The position numbers were made by a program, and so were the translations under genes. DNA of 32,000 nt from Acaryochloris marina MBIC11017 (GTDB taxonomy: Bacteria; Cyanobacteriota; Cyanobacteriia; Thermosynechococcales; Thermosynechococcaceae), in NCBI RefSeq assembly GCF_000018105.1, contig NC_009925.1, forward strand, positions 3,600,001 to 3,632,000, written 5' to 3'. Shown here one piece after another: positions 6,628 to 15,242 of the stretch. Each line of letters starts with the position of its first letter. Positions within the stretch are counted from its first letter, which is position 1. The notes beneath the pieces were generated by a model. That model was given only the letters and a program-made list of their open reading frames with translations. It did not search any database and was not told the DNA's origin.

Positions 6628-8640
6628 TTAGATATTGATGCTCTGGGGAATGTTGGACGGCTGTAGGTAGCGGTAAGGGTAGGGGCGATGGCGGTTTCGT
6701 TCTGCGATCGCAGTTTCGATATCCAGTAAATTGGCTTGAAACCGATGCAGCGGAGCTTGCACTCGCTGATCAGAGAACCAAGACTTTTCGTATTGACCGA
6801 GTTGCGTATGGTAAATCTGCCCGAGCAAATACGTTAACTCCAGCTGATTTAAGGCCTGGTGTAAGGAGGGCAGTTGGTTGAGCCGATCCTGGGAAGACAT
6901 AGCTGTCGAGTTGGGAGCGGGCTGGTAGCCTGCTAATGGCATCCCTGGGGTATAGACCATGATGTCGCCCTGGGGAAAATTCACAGCGGCATGTTGGGCA
7001 CTCGCGGTAAAGATGATCAGCGTGAGGGCTTGAATCAAGTAGGCCTGGGTTCGCAATTGTCCATCCTCACCAAAATCTGGGACTCGGCCACCCTCTTCAG
7101 CCTGTAGCTCCTGCGCCCAAGCCTGAAGGGCCGCATCTGTTTGCACGGAGTCATCTGTTGGGTAGTACAAGCTCACATAATCAGTGACCCAAGTTTCGAT
7201 GGCCTGCCAAATCAGCAATGCATCGTCTCGATAGGGGTGGATGGGAAGCGCCTCTGCATTATCCAAACCCAGTTGCCGCAATTGTTGGGGCAGCATGGCC
7301 TGATTAAAGGAATAGCTTTGTACTCCCTTTACGGCTAAGACCCTGGCACAGTCGATAGTGGCAGCCAAGACCGTATCCACTCCACCTTCTGGCGCCATTA
7401 ACATGCTTTGAGCACCGTTGTTGATACTTAAGGTGCCTTCAAAGTGAGGCCGAAGCAGGACACTCACGGGATGAGACGGCAGTAGTTGGCGATGGGTGGC
7501 AATTACAAACGGGCTAATAAACAGATGGGTTCGACCCAAATGGGTGACGGCCTCATGGTAATTGCTGTCTGCAACTTGCACGCAGGTCTTCGCCATGTCC
7601 CAGGCCTGTTTTTGGTCTGGATTCTGATCCGTAGGCGGCGTCAGAATCGGTGTTTCAGGCCCTGGAGATTGGCGGCATTGAATAGCGATGGGCTGGAGAT
7701 TTCGGCAGGGGGCATCAGCTGAGGGAACGGCAAAAAGGGCGATGGGAGCCGAAATATATTTTTGCTGATCGGGGTAGTTACCATTGATCGCACCAGCCAA
7801 AATAGCATAATCGGCGATGTATAGACGGCCTTCGGTGATTGCTATTTGCAGAGAATCGTCTTCTCCCATTACGGTCTGATAATGCTGATTGGTAACTGGG
7901 AAATGAGAGCAGAGGATGTCTCCCGATAAATGGCGGACTTGTTGCAGCAAAACAGGATTAGGACCGGCTACTCGCAAGTAAGCAAAAAACTCATCTTCTT
8001 GAAAGTATTCGGCACACTCCGGTAACGGAATCGTTGCAAACTGCTGATTAAAGTCTGCTATTGAGGTAGGGCGATCTTGTCCACATTCATGGGCTAGATG
8101 TTCTTTTAAGTTCAAGTGCAGAATCCGTAATAGATCATGCTCTAAATGGGCGGCTAAACTGTGCAGCAAGCTTTCGGCATCAGAAAACGACAACCGTAAA
8201 CCGTTAAGCAAAGTCGTTGGCGCTGTTTTCAGCAGATGCCAGATGAGACGCCACCGCACCTCGGGGCGTTGTCTCAAGATATCCACCAAGGTTTTGCGAA
8301 TGAGGCGAGAAGCATGCTGCTCTGCTTCATGCTCATGGTGGTGATTATGGGCGCCAACAATGGCATTCGAGAGAATCTTGAACATGGTACGGATCAACTT
8401 TGACCACCAAGCCCTAGAGGGGAGTTCCTCTTTGGGTAAGCGATCCACCATGGCCACAGGGGCAATGTGACTATAGTTGTATTGATATTTGCGTCGAGCT
8501 GCTTTTAGCGCTGCGGGGATAGGCTCCGGCTGGGTCGGATTAGGACGAGTGGGGGCCAGAGTGGGTTGATGTTTGTCCTGTTGAATTTCTACAGGTGTGA
8601 TTTGGGTCGGCAGGCCAGTGAGGGAGTACTGATGCGTCAT
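6628..8640 (-). CDS. Lipoxygenase (670 aa, iron type)
   Basis: The His cluster is YHEAVTHLGRTHLFISPF (H-x4-H), and the second ligand block is SAQHAAVNFPQGD (His/Asn). The C-terminal ...PQSINI ends in Ile, the carboxylate iron ligand. LRVAGPNPVLL marks the start of the catalytic domain at about aa 220. Confidence 0.9.
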   Translation of the reverse strand: MTHQYSLTGLPTQITPVEIQQDKHQPTLAPTRPNPTQPEPIPAALKAARRKYQYNYSHIAPVAMVDRLPKEELPSRAWWSKLIRTMFKILSNAIVGAHNHHHEHEAEQHASRLIRKTLVDILRQRPEVRWRLIWHLLKTAPTTLLNGLRLSFSDAESLLHSLAAHLEHDLLRILHLNLKEHLAHECGQDRPTSIADFNQQFATIPLPECAEYFQEDEFFAYLRVAGPNPVLLQQVRHLSGDILCSHFPVTNQHYQTVMGEDDSLQIAITEGRLYIADYAILAGAINGNYPDQQKYISAPIALFAVPSADAPCRNLQPIAIQCRQSPGPETPILTPPTDQNPDQKQAWDMAKTCVQVADSNYHEAVTHLGRTHLFISPFVIATHRQLLPSHPVSVLLRPHFEGTLSINNGAQSMLMAPEGGVDTVLAATIDCARVLAVKGVQSYSFNQAMLPQQLRQLGLDNAEALPIHPYRDDALLIWQAIETWVTDYVSLYYPTDDSVQTDAALQAWAQELQAEEGGRVPDFGEDGQLRTQAYLIQALTLIIFTASAQHAAVNFPQGDIMVYTPGMPLAGYQPAPNSTAMSSQDRLNQLPSLHQALNQLELTYLLGQIYHTQLGQYEKSWFSDQRVQAPLHRFQANLLDIETAIAERNRHRPYPYRYLQPSNIPQSINI

Positions 8641-8982
8641 TGTTGATCCGGTCTATGTGTGTTCTGACGTAAATGGCAACTGCCTGTGATCAGGGGTGTA
8701 GGGATAATCCGTAGCAGCTACCGATTCAGCTCTAGTGTTCCCAAGTCTGGCCTAGATTTTACTGTCGAAATAGCTTGAAGTCTGGGCAAGCTTGTACTAT
8801 CTAGATTGATAACTATTTAGTCTCTAAATGAGAAATGTTTGTATTAAAACCGATGTCAATTGAATTGTGATAAATCGAGTTATAGACTTATTCTTAATGG
8901 TTAGCTAAAAGTGAGGCGACTGAGTGCCGCTGACGCTTCATTAAGCTTAGTATTGCTAGGCATTTATTGATTAATGCTGATA

Positions 8983-8998
8983 TCGATTTTTAAATCGA
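8983..8998. promoter_or_regulatory. Perfect inverted repeat TCGATTT-TT-AAATCGA inside the 680-bp AT-rich divergent intergenic region
   Basis: Read directly from the sequence: arms at 8983-8989 and 8992-8998. The half-site TAAATCGAG recurs at 8871-8879, and an inverted CTCGATT lies at 9079-9085. Its function is not established. Confidence 0.4.
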
Positions 8999-9321
8999 GA
9001 GAGATGCAAAGAATGGACTATTCAAATGTAAAATATCTAATTTTCCGTTTTTATCAAGATTTTTTGGGTTTGTGACGGCTCGATTAAAAAGCAGTCTTAG
9101 AAGGCTGATATAAATATTACAGTTACAACTATGCCTCATTAATTTGGTATCTATCCATCGTGGTCCTTGTTTGCTGAATAGTCTTGAAACCATAACAAAG
9201 AAATTTCTGAGATCTTGCAAGTTTTAGGTGCGTTTGGGGAACATCTAGATTGAAGCAATTGCTTATATTTTTCTTTTAAGAAAAGTTAGTTATTCTATTT
9301 CCTGGCTTGGAGCAATAATTG

Positions 9322-12300
9322 ATGTTGGGGACAATCGCGGACTGTCGTCTGGTTGAGCATCTCTATGAGAGTGAGAATTCTATTGTGTATCGGGGCCAAC
9401 GACAGGCTCAGCCACATCAGGTCATTCTGAAAGTCTTGAAAGAAGATTACCCAACCGCTTCAGAACTGACTCGGTATCGTCAAGAATATGAGATTACCCG
9501 CAGCCTCGAACTCGAAGGGGTGATCAAAGTGTTGGGGCTAGAACCCTATCAACGAACCCTAGCCATTATTTTGGAAGATGTTGAAGGGGTGTCCCTGAAG
9601 TCTTATTACCAGGGAAAGGTGGTGCCGTTGGTAGAGTTTCTACCCTTAGCCATCAGTATTACCGAAGTTTTAGGTCGGATTCATGGACATAATGTCATCC
9701 ATAAAGATCTGAATCCTAGCAACATCATTTTGAATCCAGATACGCATCAGTTACGGATCATTGATTTTGGCATTTCTACCCAACTCAGCCGGGAAACAAC
9801 CATCCTTAAAAACCCCCAAGTTCTCGAAGGGACGCTGCCCTATATTGCGCCTGAACAGACGGGGCGCATGAATCGCTCTCTGGATTATCGGACGGACTTT
9901 TATGCATTGGGGGTGATGTTTTACGAGCTACTGACGGGACAGTTACCTTTTACGGCTGAGGATCCGCTGAAATTAGTCCATTGTCATTTAGCGCAACAGC
10001 CCACCCCTCCCCATCAAGTCAATTTCGACATCCCTAGGGTGTTATCTGACTTGGTGATGATCTTGATGTCGAAAACCGCCGAAGAACGGTATCAGAGCGC
10101 ATTCGGAATCCAAGCTGATTTGGCGACCTGTTGGCAACAACTGAAGCAAACAGGGGAAATTCGAGCCTTTCCGCTTCGGACCCAGGACCATTCGGATAAG
10201 TTTCATATTCCGCAAAAGCTCTATGGGCGGTCCCAAGAAATTGCGGCCTTATTAACGGCCTTTGAGCGGGTCAATCACCCCCAAAATCCAACCAAAGGGA
10301 GTGAGATGATGCTGGTGGCGGGGTATTCCGGGATTGGCAAATCGGCGCTAGTCGCAGAAGTCCATAAACCGATTACCGAAAAACGAGGATATTTTATCTC
10401 GGGGAAATACGATCAATTTCAGCGAGATGTGCCTTACTCGGCTGTTATCAGTGCGTTTCAAGATTTAGTCAAGCAACTCCTGACTGAAAGTGAAACCCAA
10501 TTACTCCAATGGCGACGACAATTGCTGGCAGCTTTGGGACCGAATGGCCAAGTCATCATTGATGTCATCCCTGAAATTGAGTTGATTACAGGGGCTCAGC
10601 CTCCAGTGCCTGAATTGGGACCTGCAGAAGCTTTGAACCGATTTAACCTGGTATTTCAAAATTTTATTCGGGTGTTTTGTACCCCAGCCCATCCCTTAGT
10701 GGTGTTCTTAGATGATTTGCAATGGGCTGATTCCGCCAGCTTAAAGTTGATCAAGTTGATGATGACGGATCGGCAAATGCGATCTCTGTTGCTCATCGGT
10801 GCTTACCGTGATAACGAAGTCGATGCGACTCATCCCTTGATGACCTTGGTGAAGCAGCTCTGGCAAGAAAAAGTCAACATCAATACGATTACGCTACAGC
10901 CTCTCTCTCAGCTGCATTTGTGCCAGCTGATTGCGGATACCGTTCACCATAATTTAGAGACCACCCTCTCCTTAGCGGAGTTAGTCCTCAATAAAACGGA
11001 AGGAAATCCCTTTTTCGTCAATGAGTTTCTGAAGAATCTCTATGGGGAAGAGCTGTTGCAGTTTAATCCCCGCGCTCAACAGTGGGAATGGGATATGGCC
11101 CAAATTCAGTCTCAGGATCTCACGGATAACGTGATTGAACTGTTGATTAGCAAACTGAAAAAATTACCCCCTGCCACCCAAGATGTTTTGCGGTTGGCTG
11201 CTTGTGTGGGGGCTGAATTTGATCTGCAGACCCTGAGCCTAATTCGTCAGCAATCCCATGCCGAGGTATTTTCGGATTTGAAAGTCGCGATTCAGCTTGG
11301 GTTGATCTTTGCCCAGTCTGAGCTCAATGATGCATTAGTGATTACGGATTTTCGCTTTGGTCACGATCGAATTCAACAAGCCGCTTATGCCTTAATTGAT
11401 ACCGATAGCCGTTCTGCAGTGCACTTGAGAATTGGCCGTTTGTTATGGCATAACATGGAAACGGAACAACTGGCAGAGCGCATTTTTGAGGTGGTGGACC
11501 ATCTCAATCAGGCCCTCCCCCTGATTACGGATCTAGACGAACAAGATCAGGTCGCTCAACTTAACCTCAAAGCGGGCCAGAAAGCAAAATCAGCGACGGC
11601 TTACGGTGCTGCCGTCCGGTATCTGCAAACGGGATTGAGTTTGGTGGGAGAGACGGGATGGCAAAATGCCTATCCCTTAACCCTCCAGCTCCATCAAGAA
11701 GCAGTTGAAGCGGCGTATCTACACCAAGATTATCCCCAGCAAGAACAGCTAACGACCGTGGTGCTGCAGCAGGCCAGAACCGTGTTGGATATGGTGAAAG
11801 TCTACCGGGTCAAAATTTTAGCCCGTTCTGCTCAGAATCGCCATCTAGAGGCAACGGATATTGGCTTTGAGATTTTGGAGCGGCTAGGGGTCACCTTTGT
11901 AGACCCCACCCCTGAGAACTTGCAGCAAGAGTTGGAGCAAACCAAGCAGCTCTGTGCGGACCGCTCGATCCAAGATTTGATCCGTTTGTCTCCTATGACT
12001 GCAGAGGACAAACTAGCAGCCATGCAGATTCTCTCGGATATCTTGTCCTCTGGCTATCAAGCCTCTTTTGAACGCTTTATCCTCAGTAATCTGAAGCAAA
12101 TTCACTTATCTCTCACCTATGGCAATACGGCCCCTTCCGCGTTTGCCTACGACTGTTATGGCATTACCCTCTGTGGAGTCGTCGGAGATAGTGAAGCAGG
12201 TTATCAGTTTGGCCGGTTGGCCTTACAGGTGGTTGATAAGTTTCAGGCGAAAAAGACCAAGAGTCGGGTGGTTTTTGTGTTCAATGCGTTTGTACGCCAC

Positions 12301-14835
12301 TGGACAGAGCCCCTGAATTTGACGATTCCCGATTTGCATGAAGGGTATCAAATTGGTTTAGAAACCGGGGATTTAGAATATGCCAGCTATTCCCTCTGTT
12401 GGGAGGCAATGCATTCTTTATTAACGGGGGAGCAACTGTCAGATTTGGCGCTGCGAATGCTGGAGTTTCAGCAAGCCATTGCCGGTTTTCAACAGGCCGC
12501 TTGCCTCCTTTATCTCCAAATTTTTCAACAGGTCACTGCTCATTTAACTGAGCCCAACTTGGATCCGACCCGCTTGTCTGGGACGTACCTACAAGAACGA
12601 CAGGTCCTTGTGGACAGTGCGGATAATAAGCTAGCCTTAGCATTCTTTTATACCTTGAAAGCTCAGGTGGCTTACCTGTTGGAACAGCCTAAGACGGCTT
12701 TAGAGAGTACCAAACAAGCGGCGGCCTATGTGGACGGTATGACGGCTGCAGCGACGGTTGCCAGCCTCAATTTTTACGATTCTCTGGCCCGGTTAGCTCT
12801 CTATGATGGGCTACCCCCTGTAGAGCAAGAGCAGATGTTAGCAGTCGTCGCTACGAATCAAGATCAACTGCAGAAATGGGCTAACCATGCACCTGCCAAC
12901 CATCAGCATAAATATTGCTTAGTAGAAGCAGAGCGGTATCGCGTCTTGCGGCAGCTACCGCAGGCGGGGGAGGCTTATGATCGAGCGATTGCCCTGGCAC
13001 AATCCCACCATTACCCTAATGAAGCCGCCTTAGCTAATGAGCTGGCAGCGAAGTGTTTTCTGCAGCAAGAGCGAGATAACTTTGCTCGGGTGTATCTGAA
13101 TGAAGCTTATTACGGGTACTACTGCTGGGGGGCCACGGCTAAACTACGTCAATTAGAAGCCTCCTACCCTTACCTCCTGGCCCAGCAGGTAATCCATTCC
13201 CAACAGGGTACTATTCCCACTACACCTCTAGCCGCGGCAGCATCAACGAGTACCATTCGCACGGGGCAAGCTTTGGATCTGAATACGGTCTTGCAGGCTT
13301 CACAGGCGATTGCAGGGGAAATTGTCCTCGATAAGCTATTGATGACCCTGATCAAAATCCTTGTGCGTAATGCGGGGGCCCAAGTAGGGCATTTAATTTT
13401 AAATGTGGAAGGCAGCCTTGTTATTGAGGCATCGTTTAATTCTCAATCTGACCAGGGTCAGGTGCTGCAGTCTCAGCCTATTGCGGATCAGCTTCCCGAC
13501 AGTATCATCAACTACGTGCTTCGAACCCAGGAGAGTGTTGTCCTTCGACAGGCCACCCAAGACAGTAACTTTGGCTTGGATACTTATATTACGACCCATC
13601 AGCCCAAATCGATTCTTTGTGCGCCGCTTCTGAATCAAGGACAGTTGAGCGGGATTCTTTATTTAGAAAATAATCTGACGACGGGAGCCTTTACGGCGGA
13701 TCGCCTAGAAATTTTGCAGCTCCTGTCAGGACAGGCTGCGATCGCAATCGACAATGCCCGCCTGTATACCAACCTGGAAGAGAAGGTCGATGAACGGACT
13801 CAGGAACTCTCCCAAGCCTTAGAAGATCTACAGCTTGCTCAAGAAGGACTGATTCAGTCAGAAAAAATGGCGGCATTGGGACAATTGATCGCGGGCGTGG
13901 CCCACGAAATTAATACTCCTCTGGGGGCGATTCGGTCTTCGATTGAATATATTGCTAATTTTCTCGATCAGCATCTGACCACCCTGCCGCAATTTTTTCG
14001 AGAGTTACCCATCGAGCAAGCCGAGCAATTTCAATCCCTGTTGTTACGCGCCTTAACCCCTTCACCGACTCTGTCTGGTCGTGAACGACGCCATACCCGT
14101 AAGGCAATCGCCAAGCAACTCACCGAGCAGAAGATTTCATCGGCGGAGTCTTTAGCCAGTTTATTGCTGGATTTAGGGATTTGCGATGACATCCATGATC
14201 TCCTTCCTCTCCTGTCTGAACCCGGGAGTGAACCCTTATTAAAGATGGTGCGACAGTTTACGCGGGTGCGTGAAAGTACACGGGATATTGCGACCGCTAG
14301 CGATCGTTCTGCCAAAATTGTGTTTGCTCTGAAAACTTATGCCCGCTATGACCATAGCGGAGACAAGATTGAAGCCAACATCACGGACGGCATTGATGCG
14401 GTCTTAACCCTCTATCACAACCAAATCAAACATGGGGTAACGGTCCATCGCTCTTTTGCCGAGATTCCCCCCATTGCTTGCTATTTTGATGAACTGAATC
14501 AGGTGTGGACCAACCTCCTTCATAATGCCCTCCAGGCCATGGACCATCAAGGCACCCTTGATATTGATGTCAGTCAACAGGCAGATCAAGTCTGCGTCAA
14601 GATTACTGATAGCGGGCCTGGCGTTCCCCTGGAGTTAAAAGGGAAAATTTTTGAGCCCTTTTTCACCACTAAACCCCCTGGCGAAGGCAGTGGCTTAGGT
14701 CTTGACATTGTCCGCAAAATAATTGACAAGCATCAGGGTACTCTAAGCTTGGACTCCGTTCCTGGTCGCACAACCTTTACGGTGACCTTGCCCATGTCTG
14801 CCAATCTGACCCCTCAACCGACTCCAGCCCTATGA
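9322..14835 (+). CDS. Multi-domain sensor kinase: Ser/Thr protein kinase, AAA/STAND ATPase, TPR-like helical repeats, GAF and histidine kinase (HstK-type dual kinase)
   Basis: The kinase domain has VILKVLK (beta3 Lys), HKDLNPSN (9700-9708), IIDFGIS and YIAPEQ. The ATPase has Walker A VAGYSGIGKSALV and Walker B LVVFLDDLQWAD. The GAF region is ...ILCAPLLNQGQLSGILYLEN.... The DHp H-box is SEKMAALGQLIAGVAHEINTPLG (His codon 13903-13905), and the HATPase motifs are HNALQAM, DSGPGV and GEGSGLGLDIV. The ATG at 9322 immediately follows the TTG at 9319. Confidence 0.9.
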   Translation: MLGTIADCRLVEHLYESENSIVYRGQRQAQPHQVILKVLKEDYPTASELTRYRQEYEITRSLELEGVIKVLGLEPYQRTLAIILEDVEGVSLKSYYQGKVVPLVEFLPLAISITEVLGRIHGHNVIHKDLNPSNIILNPDTHQLRIIDFGISTQLSRETTILKNPQVLEGTLPYIAPEQTGRMNRSLDYRTDFYALGVMFYELLTGQLPFTAEDPLKLVHCHLAQQPTPPHQVNFDIPRVLSDLVMILMSKTAEERYQSAFGIQADLATCWQQLKQTGEIRAFPLRTQDHSDKFHIPQKLYGRSQEIAALLTAFERVNHPQNPTKGSEMMLVAGYSGIGKSALVAEVHKPITEKRGYFISGKYDQFQRDVPYSAVISAFQDLVKQLLTESETQLLQWRRQLLAALGPNGQVIIDVIPEIELITGAQPPVPELGPAEALNRFNLVFQNFIRVFCTPAHPLVVFLDDLQWADSASLKLIKLMMTDRQMRSLLLIGAYRDNEVDATHPLMTLVKQLWQEKVNINTITLQPLSQLHLCQLIADTVHHNLETTLSLAELVLNKTEGNPFFVNEFLKNLYGEELLQFNPRAQQWEWDMAQIQSQDLTDNVIELLISKLKKLPPATQDVLRLAACVGAEFDLQTLSLIRQQSHAEVFSDLKVAIQLGLIFAQSELNDALVITDFRFGHDRIQQAAYALIDTDSRSAVHLRIGRLLWHNMETEQLAERIFEVVDHLNQALPLITDLDEQDQVAQLNLKAGQKAKSATAYGAAVRYLQTGLSLVGETGWQNAYPLTLQLHQEAVEAAYLHQDYPQQEQLTTVVLQQARTVLDMVKVYRVKILARSAQNRHLEATDIGFEILERLGVTFVDPTPENLQQELEQTKQLCADRSIQDLIRLSPMTAEDKLAAMQILSDILSSGYQASFERFILSNLKQIHLSLTYGNTAPSAFAYDCYGITLCGVVGDSEAGYQFGRLALQVVDKFQAKKTKSRVVFVFNAFVRHWTEPLNLTIPDLHEGYQIGLETGDLEYASYSLCWEAMHSLLTGEQLSDLALRMLEFQQAIAGFQQAACLLYLQIFQQVTAHLTEPNLDPTRLSGTYLQERQVLVDSADNKLALAFFYTLKAQVAYLLEQPKTALESTKQAAAYVDGMTAAATVASLNFYDSLARLALYDGLPPVEQEQMLAVVATNQDQLQKWANHAPANHQHKYCLVEAERYRVLRQLPQAGEAYDRAIALAQSHHYPNEAALANELAAKCFLQQERDNFARVYLNEAYYGYYCWGATAKLRQLEASYPYLLAQQVIHSQQGTIPTTPLAAAASTSTIRTGQALDLNTVLQASQAIAGEIVLDKLLMTLIKILVRNAGAQVGHLILNVEGSLVIEASFNSQSDQGQVLQSQPIADQLPDSIINYVLRTQESVVLRQATQDSNFGLDTYITTHQPKSILCAPLLNQGQLSGILYLENNLTTGAFTADRLEILQLLSGQAAIAIDNARLYTNLEEKVDERTQELSQALEDLQLAQEGLIQSEKMAALGQLIAGVAHEINTPLGAIRSSIEYIANFLDQHLTTLPQFFRELPIEQAEQFQSLLLRALTPSPTLSGRERRHTRKAIAKQLTEQKISSAESLASLLLDLGICDDIHDLLPLLSEPGSEPLLKMVRQFTRVRESTRDIATASDRSAKIVFALKTYARYDHSGDKIEANITDGIDAVLTLYHNQIKHGVTVHRSFAEIPPIACYFDELNQVWTNLLHNALQAMDHQGTLDIDVSQQADQVCVKITDSGPGVPLELKGKIFEPFFTTKPPGEGSGLGLDIVRKIIDKHQGTLSLDSVPGRTTFTVTLPMSANLTPQPTPAL

Positions 14836-15227
14836 CTAAACTGGCTATTCTTTGTGTTGACGATGAAGTCATTATTCTCAACAGTCTCCTACGACAGCTG
14901 CAAACTGCTTTTGACGATCACTACATCTATGAAACGGCTGAAAATGCCAGCGAAGCCTTGGAGCTGATTGAAGAACTTCAGGAAGAAAATACAGATCTGT
15001 TAGTGATTGTGTCGGATTGGTTAATGCCTGGGGCAAAAGGAGATGAATTCCTGATTCAAGTCCACCAGCAGTTCCCAGGGGTCGTCAAGATTTTGCTGAC
15101 TGGTCAAGCTGATGAAGCAGCAGTAGAACGAGCGCAGTCCCAAGCCAATCTGTTTAATTGTTTACGCAAACCCTGGAATGAAAGTGATCTGATCCAATGT
15201 ATTCAATCAGCCTTAGGAACAGTGTAA
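14832..15227 (+). CDS. Stand-alone response-regulator receiver (CheY-like)
   Basis: Receiver motifs are CVDDE, the phospho-acceptor region LLVIVSDWLMPG, LLTGQAD and LRKPW. The ATG overlaps the upstream TGA (ATGA at 14832-14835), which suggests translational coupling. Confidence 0.9.
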   Translation: MTKLAILCVDDEVIILNSLLRQLQTAFDDHYIYETAENASEALELIEELQEENTDLLVIVSDWLMPGAKGDEFLIQVHQQFPGVVKILLTGQADEAAVERAQSQANLFNCLRKPWNESDLIQCIQSALGTV

Positions 15228-15242
15228 AGACTAATCAGGACG

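Noticed and set aside
8990-9220. A 76-aa minus-strand ORF in the AT-rich LOX/kinase intergenic region.
   Set aside because: The composition-driven translation is Lys/Asn/Leu/Phe-rich, as expected from AT-rich DNA. It has no convincing ribosome-binding site and no motif. The DNA is more likely promoter or non-coding.
9322-14835. The STAND/AAA ATPase plus TPR architecture, considered as an Avs-like antiphage NTPase.
   Set aside because: The ATPase is embedded between a Hanks kinase domain and a GAF-His-kinase module. It heads an operon made only of two-component and GGDEF proteins. No nuclease, protease, TIR or other effector domain, and no phage or defence neighbours, are present. A signalling role is far more parsimonious.
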